Source of the DNA: an uncultured Pseudomonadota bacterium
Lineage (GTDB): Bacteria > Myxococcota_A > Bradymonadia > Bradymonadales > Bradymonadaceae
Direction of reading: 5' to 3'
DNA: 64,000 bases
Assembly (NCBI GenBank): GCA_913057905.1
Contig: CAJXPB010000007.1
Span: forward strand, 57,807-121,806
Shown here: in pieces, positions 1 to 11,104 of the stretch
Layout: the number at the start of each line of letters is the position of its first letter
Numbering within the stretch: position 1 is the first letter of the stretch
The notes under the pieces: model-generated
Seen by the model: only the letters and a program-made list of their open reading frames with translations
Database searches by the model: none
Told to the model about the DNA's origin: nothing
Program-made: the position numbers and the translations under genes

Positions 1-375
1 GCCGGCCTCGATATTCGCCCGACCCCAAGCGTACCGAACGAGATTGATCGCTTCGGTGGCTCCGCGCGTCCAGACGCAGCAGTCCGGATCCGGCGCGCCG
101 ATGAATTCGGCGACCTTCTCGCGGGCCGCCTCGAAGGCGTCGGTAGCTCGGCGACTCAGCGTATGCACCCCCCGGTGCACGTTGGAGTGTTCCCCGGACT
201 GGTACGCCGTCATGCGGTCGATGACCGACTGCGGTGACTGACTGCTGGCTGCATTGTCCAGATAGGACAGCGGTGACCCGCCGACCTCCTGGTCCAGGGC
301 CGGGAAATCTGCGCGGATCGCCTTCCAGCTACGCTGAGCGGCGTTCCCCACTCGACTTTCGGTGTCCACGGTCAT
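1..375 (-). CDS. sufS: cysteine desulfurase SufS, N-terminal 125 codons (gene runs off the left edge)
   Basis: Not in the ORF track because there is no stop in the window. Own translation from the ATG at 375-373: MTVDTESRVGNAAQRSWKAIRADFPALDQEVGGSPLSYLDNAASSQSPQSVIDRMTAYQSGEHSNVHRGVHTLSRRATDAFEAAREKVAEFIG... The YLDNAA.SQ.P and HSNVHRG.H.LS patterns match the SufS/CsdA N-terminus. The gene sits directly downstream of sufBCD. Confidence 0.85.
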   Translation of the reverse strand, partial: MTVDTESRVGNAAQRSWKAIRADFPALDQEVGGSPLSYLDNAASSQSPQSVIDRMTAYQSGEHSNVHRGVHTLSRRATDAFEAAREKVAEFIGAPDPDCCVWTRGATEAINLVRYAWGRANIEAG

Positions 376-408
376 GCTGGCTCCGAAGTTGAGGTCGAGG
401 GCGCCCGG

Positions 409-1749
409 TCAGGCACCCAACGACCGGGTCTGTGCTTGAATCGTCTCGGTGATGCGGTCTCGGACCGAGGCGACCGGAATCGTGTCGACGATCTCGGCGG
501 CAAACCCGAAGATGAGAAGCTCGCGGGCCTGGTCCTCGGTGAGACCTCTCGCCTGCAGGTAAAACAACTGTTCGGGCTCGAGCTGGCCGATGGTCGCCCC
601 GTGCGTGCACGAGACGTCATCGGCGAAGATCTCGAGCTGCGGCTTGGTGTTGACCTTGGCCTGCCGCGACAACGACAGGGTCCGGTTCAACTGATACGCA
701 TCGATCTTCTGGGCGTGCTGCTGCACGAAGATCTTGCCGTTGAAGACGGCGTGCGACTCGTCGTCGATGATCATCTTGTGCAACTGGTGACTGCCGGAAT
801 GACCCTGCCGGTGATCCATCACCGAGTGGGTATCCGACACCTGGTCGTCGCTGAGGATGGCCAGGCCGTCCAGAGTGCAATCGATCTCCTCGCCGTCGCC
901 CCGGCTGTGAACGTCGAAGCGAGAGAAGGTGGCGCCGTATGAGATGGTCCGGGAGTTGTAATTGGCCCCGTCGTCCATATCGATGGCTCGACGGTTCATG
1001 TGGTAGGCGCGGTCGCTGTCGCCCTGGACGACCACGTGATCGACGGTCGCTGACTCCTCGACGCAGACCTCGGTCAGGCAATTGTTGATGTAGGTCGACC
1101 CGTCGGCGCCGACGAAGTCTTCGACAACCGAGACCTTGCTTCCCCGGCCGGCCACGATCAGTGCCCGCGGCTGGACGGCGAACGACTCGTCGCCGCCGGT
1201 CACCACATTGAGCAACTGAACCGGGCCGTCGACCGCCGTATCCGGCGGCACGACGACGTAGCCGCCGTCGCGGAAGCCGGCCTGGTTGATCTGGGCGAAG
1301 TAGTCCTCGTCGAAGACGTCCGCCGCCGATCCGAGGTGTCCGTCGATCGACTCGAGGTCGGCTTCATCGGGCCCGGCGATGCGCCCGGCGTGGACGTCGT
1401 CCCCGAAGCCCTCGAGGCTCGAGAACGTCTCGCTGAAGGCGCCGTTGACGAAGACCAGCCGTCGGCCGTCGGCTTCATCGAAGGCCTTCGCATCGACGAG
1501 CTGTTGGACCTCGTCGTCCGACGGCGTCGGCGTCGAACCGATCTCTACATCGAGCATCGGCCGGAGCCGAAGAAACCGCCAGGCCTCGTCTTTGGCCCCG
1601 GGCACCCGGAGGGTCTCGAGCCGCTCGAGGGCGTCGGAGCGGAGCCGATGTCTACGTGTCGGCCCCTCCAGATCCTCGGTCCCGTCGAGCAGCGCCCGAA
1701 CGAACGATTCGCTTCTGTCCTGAAGATTCATCTGGCTTTCAGCACTCAT
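409..1749 (-). CDS. sufD: Fe-S cluster assembly protein SufD
   Basis: ORF 409..2130 trimmed to the ATG at 1749 ([16 protein letters not shown]...). This start overlaps the sufC stop by 4 nt (ATGA). The C-terminal block [35 protein letters not shown] is the SufB/SufD family signature. The gene lies between sufC and sufS. Confidence 0.9.
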   Translation of the reverse strand: MSAESQMNLQDRSESFVRALLDGTEDLEGPTRRHRLRSDALERLETLRVPGAKDEAWRFLRLRPMLDVEIGSTPTPSDDEVQQLVDAKAFDEADGRRLVFVNGAFSETFSSLEGFGDDVHAGRIAGPDEADLESIDGHLGSAADVFDEDYFAQINQAGFRDGGYVVVPPDTAVDGPVQLLNVVTGGDESFAVQPRALIVAGRGSKVSVVEDFVGADGSTYINNCLTEVCVEESATVDHVVVQGDSDRAYHMNRRAIDMDDGANYNSRTISYGATFSRFDVHSRGDGEEIDCTLDGLAILSDDQVSDTHSVMDHRQGHSGSHQLHKMIIDDESHAVFNGKIFVQQHAQKIDAYQLNRTLSLSRQAKVNTKPQLEIFADDVSCTHGATIGQLEPEQLFYLQARGLTEDQARELLIFGFAAEIVDTIPVASVRDRITETIQAQTRSLGA

Positions 1750-2513
1750 GCGGCCCCCGTTGTTTCGATGTCGTCGGCCAACCAATCGTAGCCCTTCTCT
1801 TCGACCGTGACGGCGAGGTCTTTGTCGCCCGATTTCGCGATCCGGCCTCCGACCATCACGTGCACATGGTTGGGCTCGATGTATTCGAGCACCCGCTGAT
1901 AGTGGGTGACCATCACATACGCGTTGTCGTCGCCGGCCAGCGACTTGATGCCGTCGGCCACGGTGCGCAGCGCATCGATATCGAGCCCCGAATCGGTCTC
2001 GTCGAGCAGACCGAGCTTCGGCTCGAGCACGGCCATCTGAAGGATTTCGTTGCGCTTTTTCTCGCCGCCGGAGAATCCGACGTTGACGTTCCGGTCGAGG
2101 AAGTCCGGATCCATGTCGACGAGCTTGCACTTCTCGCGCACGAAGTCGTCGAACTGAAGCGGGTCGAGCGGCTGCTCACCGCGGGCCTCCTGGCGAGCAT
2201 TGTAGGCCTGCCGAAGCAGGACCGAGTTGGTGACACCCGGAACCTCGACAGGATACTGAAAGGCCATGAAGATCCCGTCTTGGGCCCGCTCGTCGGGCTC
2301 GTCCTCCAGGATGCTCTCTCCTTCAAAGAGGATGTCGCCCCGGGTGACTTCGTAGTCGGGATGGCCCGAGATGACCTTCGCCAGCGTACTCTTTCCGCTG
2401 CCGTTGGGACCCATAATGGCGTGGATCTGACCGGTATCGACCTTCAGGTCGATGCCCTTCAGGATCTCGGTCCCCTCGGCTTCGACATGCAGATTTTCTA
2501 TTTCTAACAACAT
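1746..2513 (-). CDS. sufC: Fe-S cluster assembly ATPase SufC
   Basis: 255 aa. Walker [13 protein letters not shown] signature [13 protein letters not shown], Walker [13 protein letters not shown]. Flanked by sufB and sufD. Confidence 0.97.
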   Translation of the reverse strand: MLLEIENLHVEAEGTEILKGIDLKVDTGQIHAIMGPNGSGKSTLAKVISGHPDYEVTRGDILFEGESILEDEPDERAQDGIFMAFQYPVEVPGVTNSVLLRQAYNARQEARGEQPLDPLQFDDFVREKCKLVDMDPDFLDRNVNVGFSGGEKKRNEILQMAVLEPKLGLLDETDSGLDIDALRTVADGIKSLAGDDNAYVMVTHYQRVLEYIEPNHVHVMVGGRIAKSGDKDLAVTVEEKGYDWLADDIETTGAA

Positions 2514-2596
2514 AAGCGAACTCTCGTCTTGGGATTCGAAACAGGAATCTGTGTTCGGATCGGACGGCCCCGGCGGTCCCGGGGCCGATGCATCAG

Positions 2597-4033
<1,437 letters not shown>

Positions 4034-4113
4034 CTCTCACCTCTTGTGTCGTGATGGACACGAACGTTGTTCACGGCCGGGCCGGCGGCGACGCACACGG
4101 CCCGCAATGGGAT

Positions 4114-4581
4114 TCATCCCGCGCGTGATTGATTCAATTCGTCGAGATACTCTTCGACAGATTGTTCTTCGTCGTCGGTCAGCACGCTGAGGGGCACATT
4201 ATCGAGCGTGCGGACCAGAAATTTCGAAATATGACTCCAGACCGGCCGGATCGTACAGCAATCCGCGTGGGCGCAGGTCTCTCGCTGGCCGGTGTGGTTG
4301 TCACAAAAGTCTTCCAACTGCAAAACACCACCGAGGTGGCGAAACACATCTCCAAGGGAGATCTCCTCGGAGGACGCCTCCAGATAGTACCCCCCGTGCG
4401 CCCCGCGTTGGGCCCCGACCATGCCCCCGTCAGACAGGGTTCGCATGATCTTCTGGGCGTACGGAAGCGAGAGGCCCTCCCGTTCGGCGATCTCCCGAGC
4501 CGAAATCGGATCGTCCGGACCCCGCTCCGCAACCCGTAGCAGACACCGCAGTCCGTATTCTTCGAGCGCTGTGATCTTCAT
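4114..4581 (-). CDS. Rrf2-family transcriptional regulator (IscR/SufR-like), first gene of the suf operon
   Basis: ORF 4114..4635 trimmed to MKITALEEYGLRCLLRVAE..., the canonical Rrf2 wHTH start (ATG at 4581). It has a Cys-rich segment FCDNHTGQRETCAHADCC that could ligate an Fe-S cluster. The trimmed-off 5' part contains a perfect palindrome, listed as the next feature. Confidence 0.85.
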   Translation of the reverse strand: MKITALEEYGLRCLLRVAERGPDDPISAREIAEREGLSLPYAQKIMRTLSDGGMVGAQRGAHGGYYLEASSEEISLGDVFRHLGGVLQLEDFCDNHTGQRETCAHADCCTIRPVWSHISKFLVRTLDNVPLSVLTDDEEQSVEEYLDELNQSRAG

Positions 4582-4613
4582 GACTGCACCGTCGCTAACA
4601 GGAGACGTTTCGA

Positions 4614-4635
4614 ATGCATACTCAGAAGTATGCAT
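4614..4635. promoter_or_regulatory. candidate operator: perfect 9-bp inverted repeat ATGCATACT-caga-AGTATGCAT
   Basis: Read directly from the sequence. Lies 33 nt upstream of the Rrf2 ATG, in the divergent region between the suf operon and the REC-kinase gene. Confidence 0.4.
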
Positions 4636-4657
4636 TACCGCCTGCCCAATTCATTAC

Positions 4658-4671
4658 ATACTTTCAAGTAT
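4658..4671. promoter_or_regulatory. second, shorter operator-like palindrome ATACTT-tc-AAGTAT
   Basis: Shares the ATACT/AGTAT half-sites with the palindrome at 4614..4635. It is offset by 44 nt start to start (about four helical turns). Confidence 0.3.
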
Positions 4672-4890
4672 ACATTCAAGCCGGGTTCCGTCGCCGGGAA
4701 GCCGACAGGGCTGTGCGCCGGCAACGTACGGATTGGGCTGAGTTTGACAAGGGGGCGGCGGGCAAAGCCGCTTGCACGGGCTCACCCACCTGTCTAAACT
4801 ACGGTTTGCGTTCGGTGAAAATTCCTCACAGACCTCAAACAGCAGAGGCTTTGAATGTGACCCTACCGCTGAATTGACCGTACGGTTACG

Positions 4891-6228
4891 TTGCCCGTTT
4901 CGACCCTCCAGCCGACGAAAGATGCCTTGGTCACCGACTCGAGTCTGACAACCGATGCGGATGCCTCGACCCAGCGGACCTTTCTGGTCGTCGATGACGA
5001 ACCCGACATCCTGGACGCCATTCAGCGGATGTTTCGTCGCCAGTATCGGGTACTGACGGCGCAAAATGGCGCCGACGCCCTCGAGATCATCCAGTCCGAG
5101 GATGTGCAGGTCGTGATGACGGATCAGCGGATGCCCGAAATGACCGGCATCGAATTTCTGGCCCGGCTCCGGCGCAACCACCCCCAGATCGTCCGGGTGC
5201 TCTTCACCGGGTACAGCGACATCGACCACGTCATCGACGCCATCAACGAGGGGCATGTCTACCGGTACATCAGCAAGCCCTGGAAGCCGGCCGAGTTGAA
5301 GCTCTTCGTCGAACAGGCCTTCGAATACTACGAATCCGAGCGGGAACGGGATCGGCTGCTCAACGAACTCAAGGAGGCCAACAGACAACTCGAGCAAAAG
5401 AACACGCTGCTGAGTCGAACAAACGAGGAGCTCAAACAGCTCGACCGCATGAAGACCGTCTTCATGGAGGTCGTCAGCCATGAGTTGAATACACCGATCG
5501 CGATTACCCTCGGCTACGCCTTCCTGCTCCAGAAGGAACTGGCCGACGACCTCGACCCGGTGGCGCTCAAGGCCCTGCGTGGGATCGATTCGAGCGCCAA
5601 ACGCCTCAAAAGCATCTCGAACCGGATCTTCAAGATGATCTCCGAGGAGGGACCGGCCTCGAGCCTCGACCTCGAAACCATCGACTTGCGCGACTTCAGC
5701 AACGATCTGCGCGACCAGATCGAACCGTTTCTCGACAAACGCCAGCAGCATCTGGACGTCACGATCGGCGACGATTGTCCAACGATCCGAGCCGACCACG
5801 AGAAACTGTCCGACATCTGCGTCAATCTACTGATGAACGCCATCAAATTTTCGCGCGACGAACAGACGATCGATCTGACCTTTCGGGCCACCGACGACAA
5901 CTCCGTCGACATCGAGGTCCGAGATCGCGGAGTCGGAATCAGCGACGAAGACGTCTCTCAGATCTTCGATGCCTTCTTCAGCACCTTCGACTCCAAACAC
6001 CATTCCTCGGGGAGCTTTGAGTTCGAAAAGCGCGGAATCGGACTGGGGCTTCCGGTGGCCAAAAAGTTCGCCCAGATGCATGGCGGTGACATCGAGGTCC
6101 GGACCGAAGAGGGACAGGGCTCGACCTTCACCGTTCGACTTCCCATCGACCCCGACGACGTCGACGATCGCGCAGCTCAGATGCCGACGACCACCCTCCA
6201 GTTCGACTCCTACGTCGACGAGGACTAA
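4891..6228 (+). CDS. hybrid response-regulator receiver / histidine kinase (REC-HisKA-HATPase)
   Basis: 445 aa with a TTG start. REC domain (FLVVDDEPDILDAI...TDQRMPEMTG...SKPW), a coiled coil, H-box VSHELNTPIA, N-box LLMNAIKFS, and G-boxes DRGVGI and GIGLGL. Confidence 0.85.
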   Translation: MPVSTLQPTKDALVTDSSLTTDADASTQRTFLVVDDEPDILDAIQRMFRRQYRVLTAQNGADALEIIQSEDVQVVMTDQRMPEMTGIEFLARLRRNHPQIVRVLFTGYSDIDHVIDAINEGHVYRYISKPWKPAELKLFVEQAFEYYESERERDRLLNELKEANRQLEQKNTLLSRTNEELKQLDRMKTVFMEVVSHELNTPIAITLGYAFLLQKELADDLDPVALKALRGIDSSAKRLKSISNRIFKMISEEGPASSLDLETIDLRDFSNDLRDQIEPFLDKRQQHLDVTIGDDCPTIRADHEKLSDICVNLLMNAIKFSRDEQTIDLTFRATDDNSVDIEVRDRGVGISDEDVSQIFDAFFSTFDSKHHSSGSFEFEKRGIGLGLPVAKKFAQMHGGDIEVRTEEGQGSTFTVRLPIDPDDVDDRAAQMPTTTLQFDSYVDED

Positions 6229-6235
6229 AGGGCCC

Positions 6236-6997
6236 TTACTTATTCCCGCGCGCGAGCTCATCTCTCTCGACCTGTTCCCACAGCCAGGACTCATCGAGAC
6301 CGCCGACCTCGTCGGCCTCGACGGCCCGCCGGCATGCCCGCTGCTGTAGCTCGGCGTGGTCGACCGGCTCGAACGCCCCCTCCGTCCAGACCGTGCCGAC
6401 GAGATCCGTGCCCAGCAGATTCCCGCGGACCCGGTGGCACCACCCCCGGGGCGTCGCCTCTCGGACGATCCGTCCGAACGCGTCCGGCTCGATCCCGAAG
6501 AGAGCCGGCTCCAGGGCGAGTTCCGGCCGTTCGTCGATGACGGTCTGATTCAACGCCACCACGACTGCCCCGACCCGTGACCGAACAATGGCTTCGTCGG
6601 CCAGCCTACGGACGCGACGACGGCGATCCTCGTCGCCGGAGGGCACCTCCCCGTCGATCAGGGTTCCGATGGCCACAGTCAGATCGACGTCGGCCTCGGC
6701 TCGACACACCTCGTAGAGATCGCCGTTCAGGAACCTCATCTGCGGATGTCGCCGGCGCGCTTCGTCGATGGCGTCGTCTCTTCGATCGACCCCGATGTAC
6801 TCCGCATCTCGGCTCGTCCGCTTCATCCACGCTGCCAGTTCGCCGGTGCCACAGCCCAGATCGAGCACCCGATCGACGCGCGACCAATCCCACCCGGAGA
6901 GGACGTACTCGAACCGGGCAAACTGCTCGACCATCCGCCGCCAGCCCGACCGTTGTGCCGGCCCGGTGCCCCGTGACATCGCGTCATTGTAGTCCAT
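6236..6997 (-). CDS. class I SAM-dependent methyltransferase
   Basis: 253 aa. Motif I is VLDLGCGTGELA. Substrate unknown. Confidence 0.8.
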   Translation of the reverse strand: MDYNDAMSRGTGPAQRSGWRRMVEQFARFEYVLSGWDWSRVDRVLDLGCGTGELAAWMKRTSRDAEYIGVDRRDDAIDEARRRHPQMRFLNGDLYEVCRAEADVDLTVAIGTLIDGEVPSGDEDRRRRVRRLADEAIVRSRVGAVVVALNQTVIDERPELALEPALFGIEPDAFGRIVREATPRGWCHRVRGNLLGTDLVGTVWTEGAFEPVDHAELQQRACRRAVEADEVGGLDESWLWEQVERDELARGNK

Positions 6998-7120
6998 GGC
7001 TTATCCCGCTAAGTACCGAATTCGTCGCGCGACTATGGACCGGCGAGAATCTATGATAACCATCCGCCGGAGAAACTGAGCCCAACGAGTCCATCCTCGA
7101 CAGGTTTCCCAAAAAAGACC

Positions 7121-10100
7121 ATGCCCAAACGGACCGATATTGATTCGATTTGTATCCTTGGTTCCGGTCCGATTGTCATCGGACAAGCCTGCGAATTCGA
7201 TTACTCCGGCAGCCAGGCGATCCGATCGCTGAAGGAACACGGCTTCCGCGTGATCCTCGTCAATTCCAACCCGGCGACGATCATGACGGACCCCGAGTTC
7301 GCCGACGCCACCTACGTCGAACCACTGACCGCCGAATTCGTCGAACAGGTTCTCCAAGAAGAGCAACCCGATGCCCTGCTCCCGACGATGGGTGGCCAGA
7401 CCGGACTGAACCTGGCCGTCGAACTCGCCGAGAGCGGCGCCCTCGACCGACTGGACGTCGAACTCATCGGTGCCTCGCCGGAGGTCATCGACCGAGCCGA
7501 AAACCGACAGAAGTTCGGCTCGATCATGGACGATCTCGAGATCGACCAGCCCGCCTCCGGGATCGCCAACAACATGGAGGAGGCTTGGGAGCTTCTGGAG
7601 GATACCGGATTTCCGGCCATTCTTCGACCGAGCTTTACGATGGGTGGGGCCGGTGGAAACATCGCCTACAATCGAGATGAGTTCGAAGAATACGTCAAAT
7701 GGTCGCTGTCTCAGAGCCCGACCAGTTCCGTCCTCATCGATGAGAGTTTGATGGGATGGAAGGAGTTCGAGCTCGAGGTGATGCGCGACCGCAACGACAA
7801 CGCGGTCATCATCTGTAGTGTCGAGAACCTCGACCCGCTGGGCATCCACACCGGCGACTCGATCACGGTCTCTCCGATCCAGACCTTGGCCGACCGTGAG
7901 TATCAAGCGATGCGGGATGATGCCCTACGCATTATTCGCGCCATCGGCGTCGAGACCGGCGGGTGCAACATCCAGTTCGCCGTCGACCCCGAGACCGGCC
8001 GCCGCGTCGTCATCGAGATGAATCCCCGCGTCAGCCGTTCGTCGGCCCTGGCCAGCAAGGCGACCGGCTATCCGATCGCCAAGATCTCGGCGCTGCTGGG
8101 GGTCGGGTTTACCCTCGACGAGATCGCCAACGAGATCACCGGCGAGACCCAGGCGGCCTTCGAGCCGATGCTCGACTACGTCATCGTGAAGATGCCGCGG
8201 TTTGCCTTCGACAAATTCCCCGAGGCCGAACAGAAGCTGACGACCCAGATGAAGTCGGTCGGCGAAGCGATGGCCATCGGCCGCAATTTCCCGGAGGCAT
8301 TGCAGAAGGCGGTTCGAAGCCTCGAGATCGGCGAGAGCGGCTTTTCGCCGAAGTTGACCCCGCCGGAGGATGCCGAACCCGACGAGGTCGTCGAGTTCTT
8401 CCGGCCACACTTGATGGCCTCCCATCCCGAACGGCTGTGGCACGTCTTCGATGCCCTCCGACACGACGTCCCGGTACGAGAAATCTCCGAAGCCAGCGGT
8501 ATCGACCCCTGGTTTCTCGGCGAAATCAAGCGGATCGTCGATGTCGAGTCGAAGTTGGAGGCCCTTCAGGGCGAGACCGAACTCGATTCGCCCCCGGCGT
8601 CGAATCTGCTGAAACGCGCGAAACGACTCGGGCTGTCCGACCAGTCGATCGCACGCGTCACCGACCACACCGAGGACAAGCTCCTCGAAGATCGGCGCGA
8701 CGCGGGCATCCGACGGGTCTACAAACAGGTCGACACCTGCGCGGCCGAGTTCGAATCGGTCACCTCGTACTTTTACTCGTCGTACGACGGCGTCGAAAAC
8801 GAGACGACTCCCGACGACCGCGAGACGGTCATCATCCTGGGCAGCGGTCCAAACCGCATCGGCCAGGGAATCGAGTTCGACTACTGCGCCGTCCATGCGT
8901 CGCTGGCGCTCAGAGAGGCCGGCTATCGGACGGTCATGGTCAACTGCAACCCCGAGACCGTCAGCACCGACTACGACATCTCCGACCGGCTCTACTTCGA
9001 GCCGCTGACTTTCGAGACGGTGATGTCGATCGTCGACCAGGAAGACCCTTTGGGGGTCGTCCTTCAATTCGGCGGCCAGACCCCGCTTAAATTGGCCGAA
9101 AAACTCGACGATCACGGCGTCAACATCCTCGGAAGCGCCCACAACGCGATTGACCGCACCGAGGATCGCGGCGCGTTTAACGAGATCGTCGAGAAGCTGG
9201 ACCTGAATCAGCCCGAGGCGCGCTCGGCCACCACACTCGAGGAAGCCAAGCGGTGCGCCGAAGAACTCGGCTACCCCGTGATGGTGCGCCCCAGTTTCGT
9301 GCTCGGCGGCGTGGGCATGCAGATTTGCTACGAGGCCGACGATATCGAGTTCGTCTTCGAACGGGCGGCCTCAGAATCCGAGGGCAAGCCGGTTCTGATC
9401 GACAAGTTCCTCAACGATGCCGTCGAGGTCGACGTCGATTGCGTGGCCGACGGCGAAAACGCCGTCATCGGCGGGGTGATGGAACATATCGAAGAAGCGG
9501 GGGTCCACTCCGGCGACTCGGCCTGCGTGATTCCACCCTACGACCTTCCCGAATCGGTCCTCCGCGTCATTCGGGAGAAGACGCGGGCACTCGCCGACGA
9601 GCTCGACATCATCGGGTTGATGAATGTGCAGTTCGCCGTTCAGGACCGCACCGTCTACGTCCTGGAGGTCAACCCGAGGGCGAGCCGCACCATCCCGTTT
9701 GTCTCCAAGGCGATCGGTGAGCCTCTGACGCGCTACGCCGCACGGGCGATGGTCGGTGAATCGCTCCCGGAACAGGGGCTGACCGACGAACGCATTCCGC
9801 CCTACTTCTCGGTCAAAGAAGTCGTGTTTCCCTTCGACAAATTTGCCAACGTCGACACGATTCTGGGACCGGAGATGCACTCGACCGGCGAGGTCATGGG
9901 CATCTCGGAAGACTTCAACCTCGCCTTCTACAAGGCGCAGCTCGCCGCATCGAATGACCTGCCGGAGACCGGGACTGTCTTCATCAGCGTCAAGGACGCC
10001 GACAAGTGGTCGACCGTCCCGATCGCTCGCGGGCTCTCGGAGCTGGGCTGGGACATCGTCGCCACCAGGGGCACGGCCCACTATCTGGAACAAAACGGCC

Positions 10101-10375
10101 TGGAGGTCGAACCGATCAACAAGGTCAAAGAGGGACAGCCCCACATCGTCGATGCCATCATCAACGGCGAGATCGACCTGGTCATCAACACGACCATCGG
10201 CGCCCAGGCCATCCGCGACAGCCGCTCGATTCGCCGCGCCACGGTCAACGTCGGGATCCCCTACTTCATGACCGTCTCGGCCGCGCGGGCCGCCGTCGAA
10301 GCGATGCACGCCGCCCGCGAGCAGCAGCCCGGGGTGGCGTCGCTCCAGAAGTTGCACCGAGTCTTCGACGAATAA
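7121..10375 (+). CDS. carB: carbamoyl-phosphate synthase large subunit
   Basis: 1084 aa. Starts [33 protein letters not shown], contains two ATP-grasp halves and an MGS-like C-terminus. No carA lies upstream; the upstream gene is the divergent methyltransferase. Confidence 0.98.
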   Translation: MPKRTDIDSICILGSGPIVIGQACEFDYSGSQAIRSLKEHGFRVILVNSNPATIMTDPEFADATYVEPLTAEFVEQVLQEEQPDALLPTMGGQTGLNLAVELAESGALDRLDVELIGASPEVIDRAENRQKFGSIMDDLEIDQPASGIANNMEEAWELLEDTGFPAILRPSFTMGGAGGNIAYNRDEFEEYVKWSLSQSPTSSVLIDESLMGWKEFELEVMRDRNDNAVIICSVENLDPLGIHTGDSITVSPIQTLADREYQAMRDDALRIIRAIGVETGGCNIQFAVDPETGRRVVIEMNPRVSRSSALASKATGYPIAKISALLGVGFTLDEIANEITGETQAAFEPMLDYVIVKMPRFAFDKFPEAEQKLTTQMKSVGEAMAIGRNFPEALQKAVRSLEIGESGFSPKLTPPEDAEPDEVVEFFRPHLMASHPERLWHVFDALRHDVPVREISEASGIDPWFLGEIKRIVDVESKLEALQGETELDSPPASNLLKRAKRLGLSDQSIARVTDHTEDKLLEDRRDAGIRRVYKQVDTCAAEFESVTSYFYSSYDGVENETTPDDRETVIILGSGPNRIGQGIEFDYCAVHASLALREAGYRTVMVNCNPETVSTDYDISDRLYFEPLTFETVMSIVDQEDPLGVVLQFGGQTPLKLAEKLDDHGVNILGSAHNAIDRTEDRGAFNEIVEKLDLNQPEARSATTLEEAKRCAEELGYPVMVRPSFVLGGVGMQICYEADDIEFVFERAASESEGKPVLIDKFLNDAVEVDVDCVADGENAVIGGVMEHIEEAGVHSGDSACVIPPYDLPESVLRVIREKTRALADELDIIGLMNVQFAVQDRTVYVLEVNPRASRTIPFVSKAIGEPLTRYAARAMVGESLPEQGLTDERIPPYFSVKEVVFPFDKFANVDTILGPEMHSTGEVMGISEDFNLAFYKAQLAASNDLPETGTVFISVKDADKWSTVPIARGLSELGWDIVATRGTAHYLEQNGLEVEPINKVKEGQPHIVDAIINGEIDLVINTTIGAQAIRDSRSIRRATVNVGIPYFMTVSAARAAVEAMHAAREQQPGVASLQKLHRVFDE

Positions 10376-10434
10376 CCCCGTCGTCGACGGAGCGGAGAGA
10401 CGCGAAACATAAGTCGCTTCGGGCCCCCGACGGC

Positions 10435-10463
10435 TTGATGTTTCCGCCCTCGATGGCTATATT
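10435..10463 (+). promoter_or_regulatory. sigma70-type promoter candidate for greA (TTGATG-17 nt-TATATT)
   Basis: -35 at 10435..10440 and -10 at 10458..10463 with a 17-nt spacer. About 90 nt upstream of the greA ATG. Confidence 0.4.
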
Positions 10464-10551
10464 CGTAGGTCGTCAATTTCGCATTGCGGGTGGTTGCATC
10501 AGTCCCGTGTGGTTTCCGTAGACCCTGCAACCCAACGACAAGAGGTAGCAC

Positions 10552-11025
10552 ATGCCGCAGATTCCAATCACCCGAGAGGGCCTCGAGGATCTGAAAGCCG
10601 AGTTGAAGCAGCTCAAGAGCGAAGAACGCCCGAAGGTCGTCGAAGCGATCGAAGAGGCGCGCGCCCACGGCGATCTCAGTGAAAACGCCGAGTACGACGC
10701 CGCGAAGGAAGAGCAGGGATTCATCGAGGGTCGCATCCAGGAACTGGAGGCCCTGATTTCCCAGGCTCAGGTGATCAATCCCGCCGATCTGTCGGGTGAC
10801 AGGGTCAAGTTCGGCGCGACCGTGACCATCTACAACCTCGATACCGACGAAGAGAGTACGTACAAGATCGTCGGCAACGAAGAGGCCGACATCAAAGAAA
10901 ACAAGATCTCGTACTCGAGCCCGATCGCGCAGGCGCTGATCGGCAAAGAGGTCGCCGAGGAGGTCAACATCGAGACCCCCGGCGGGGACAAACTCGTCGA
11001 GATCATCCAGGTGGAATTTAAATAA
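10552..11025 (+). CDS. greA: transcription elongation factor GreA
   Basis: 157 aa. ITREGLEDLKAELKQLK...RPKVVEAIEEARAHGDLSENAEYDAAKEEQGFIEGRI is the GreA coiled-coil signature. Confidence 0.95.
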   Translation: MPQIPITREGLEDLKAELKQLKSEERPKVVEAIEEARAHGDLSENAEYDAAKEEQGFIEGRIQELEALISQAQVINPADLSGDRVKFGATVTIYNLDTDEESTYKIVGNEEADIKENKISYSSPIAQALIGKEVAEEVNIETPGGDKLVEIIQVEFK

Positions 11026-11042
11026 GCCCGAGGCTCAGACAC

Positions 11043-11096
11043 AAAAAAAAGCCGGCGCCGGAGTCTTCTCACTCCGGCGCCGGCTTTCTGTTTTTC
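11043..11096. terminator. bidirectional intrinsic terminator between greA (+) and lon (-)
   Basis: Perfect 15-bp stem AGCCGGCGCCGGAGT / ACTCCGGCGCCGGCT (11050..11064 and 11071..11085) with a 6-nt loop. Flanked by an A8 run on one side and TTCTGTTTTT on the other. Confidence 0.75.
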
Positions 11097-11104
11097 GGGG
11101 ACCA

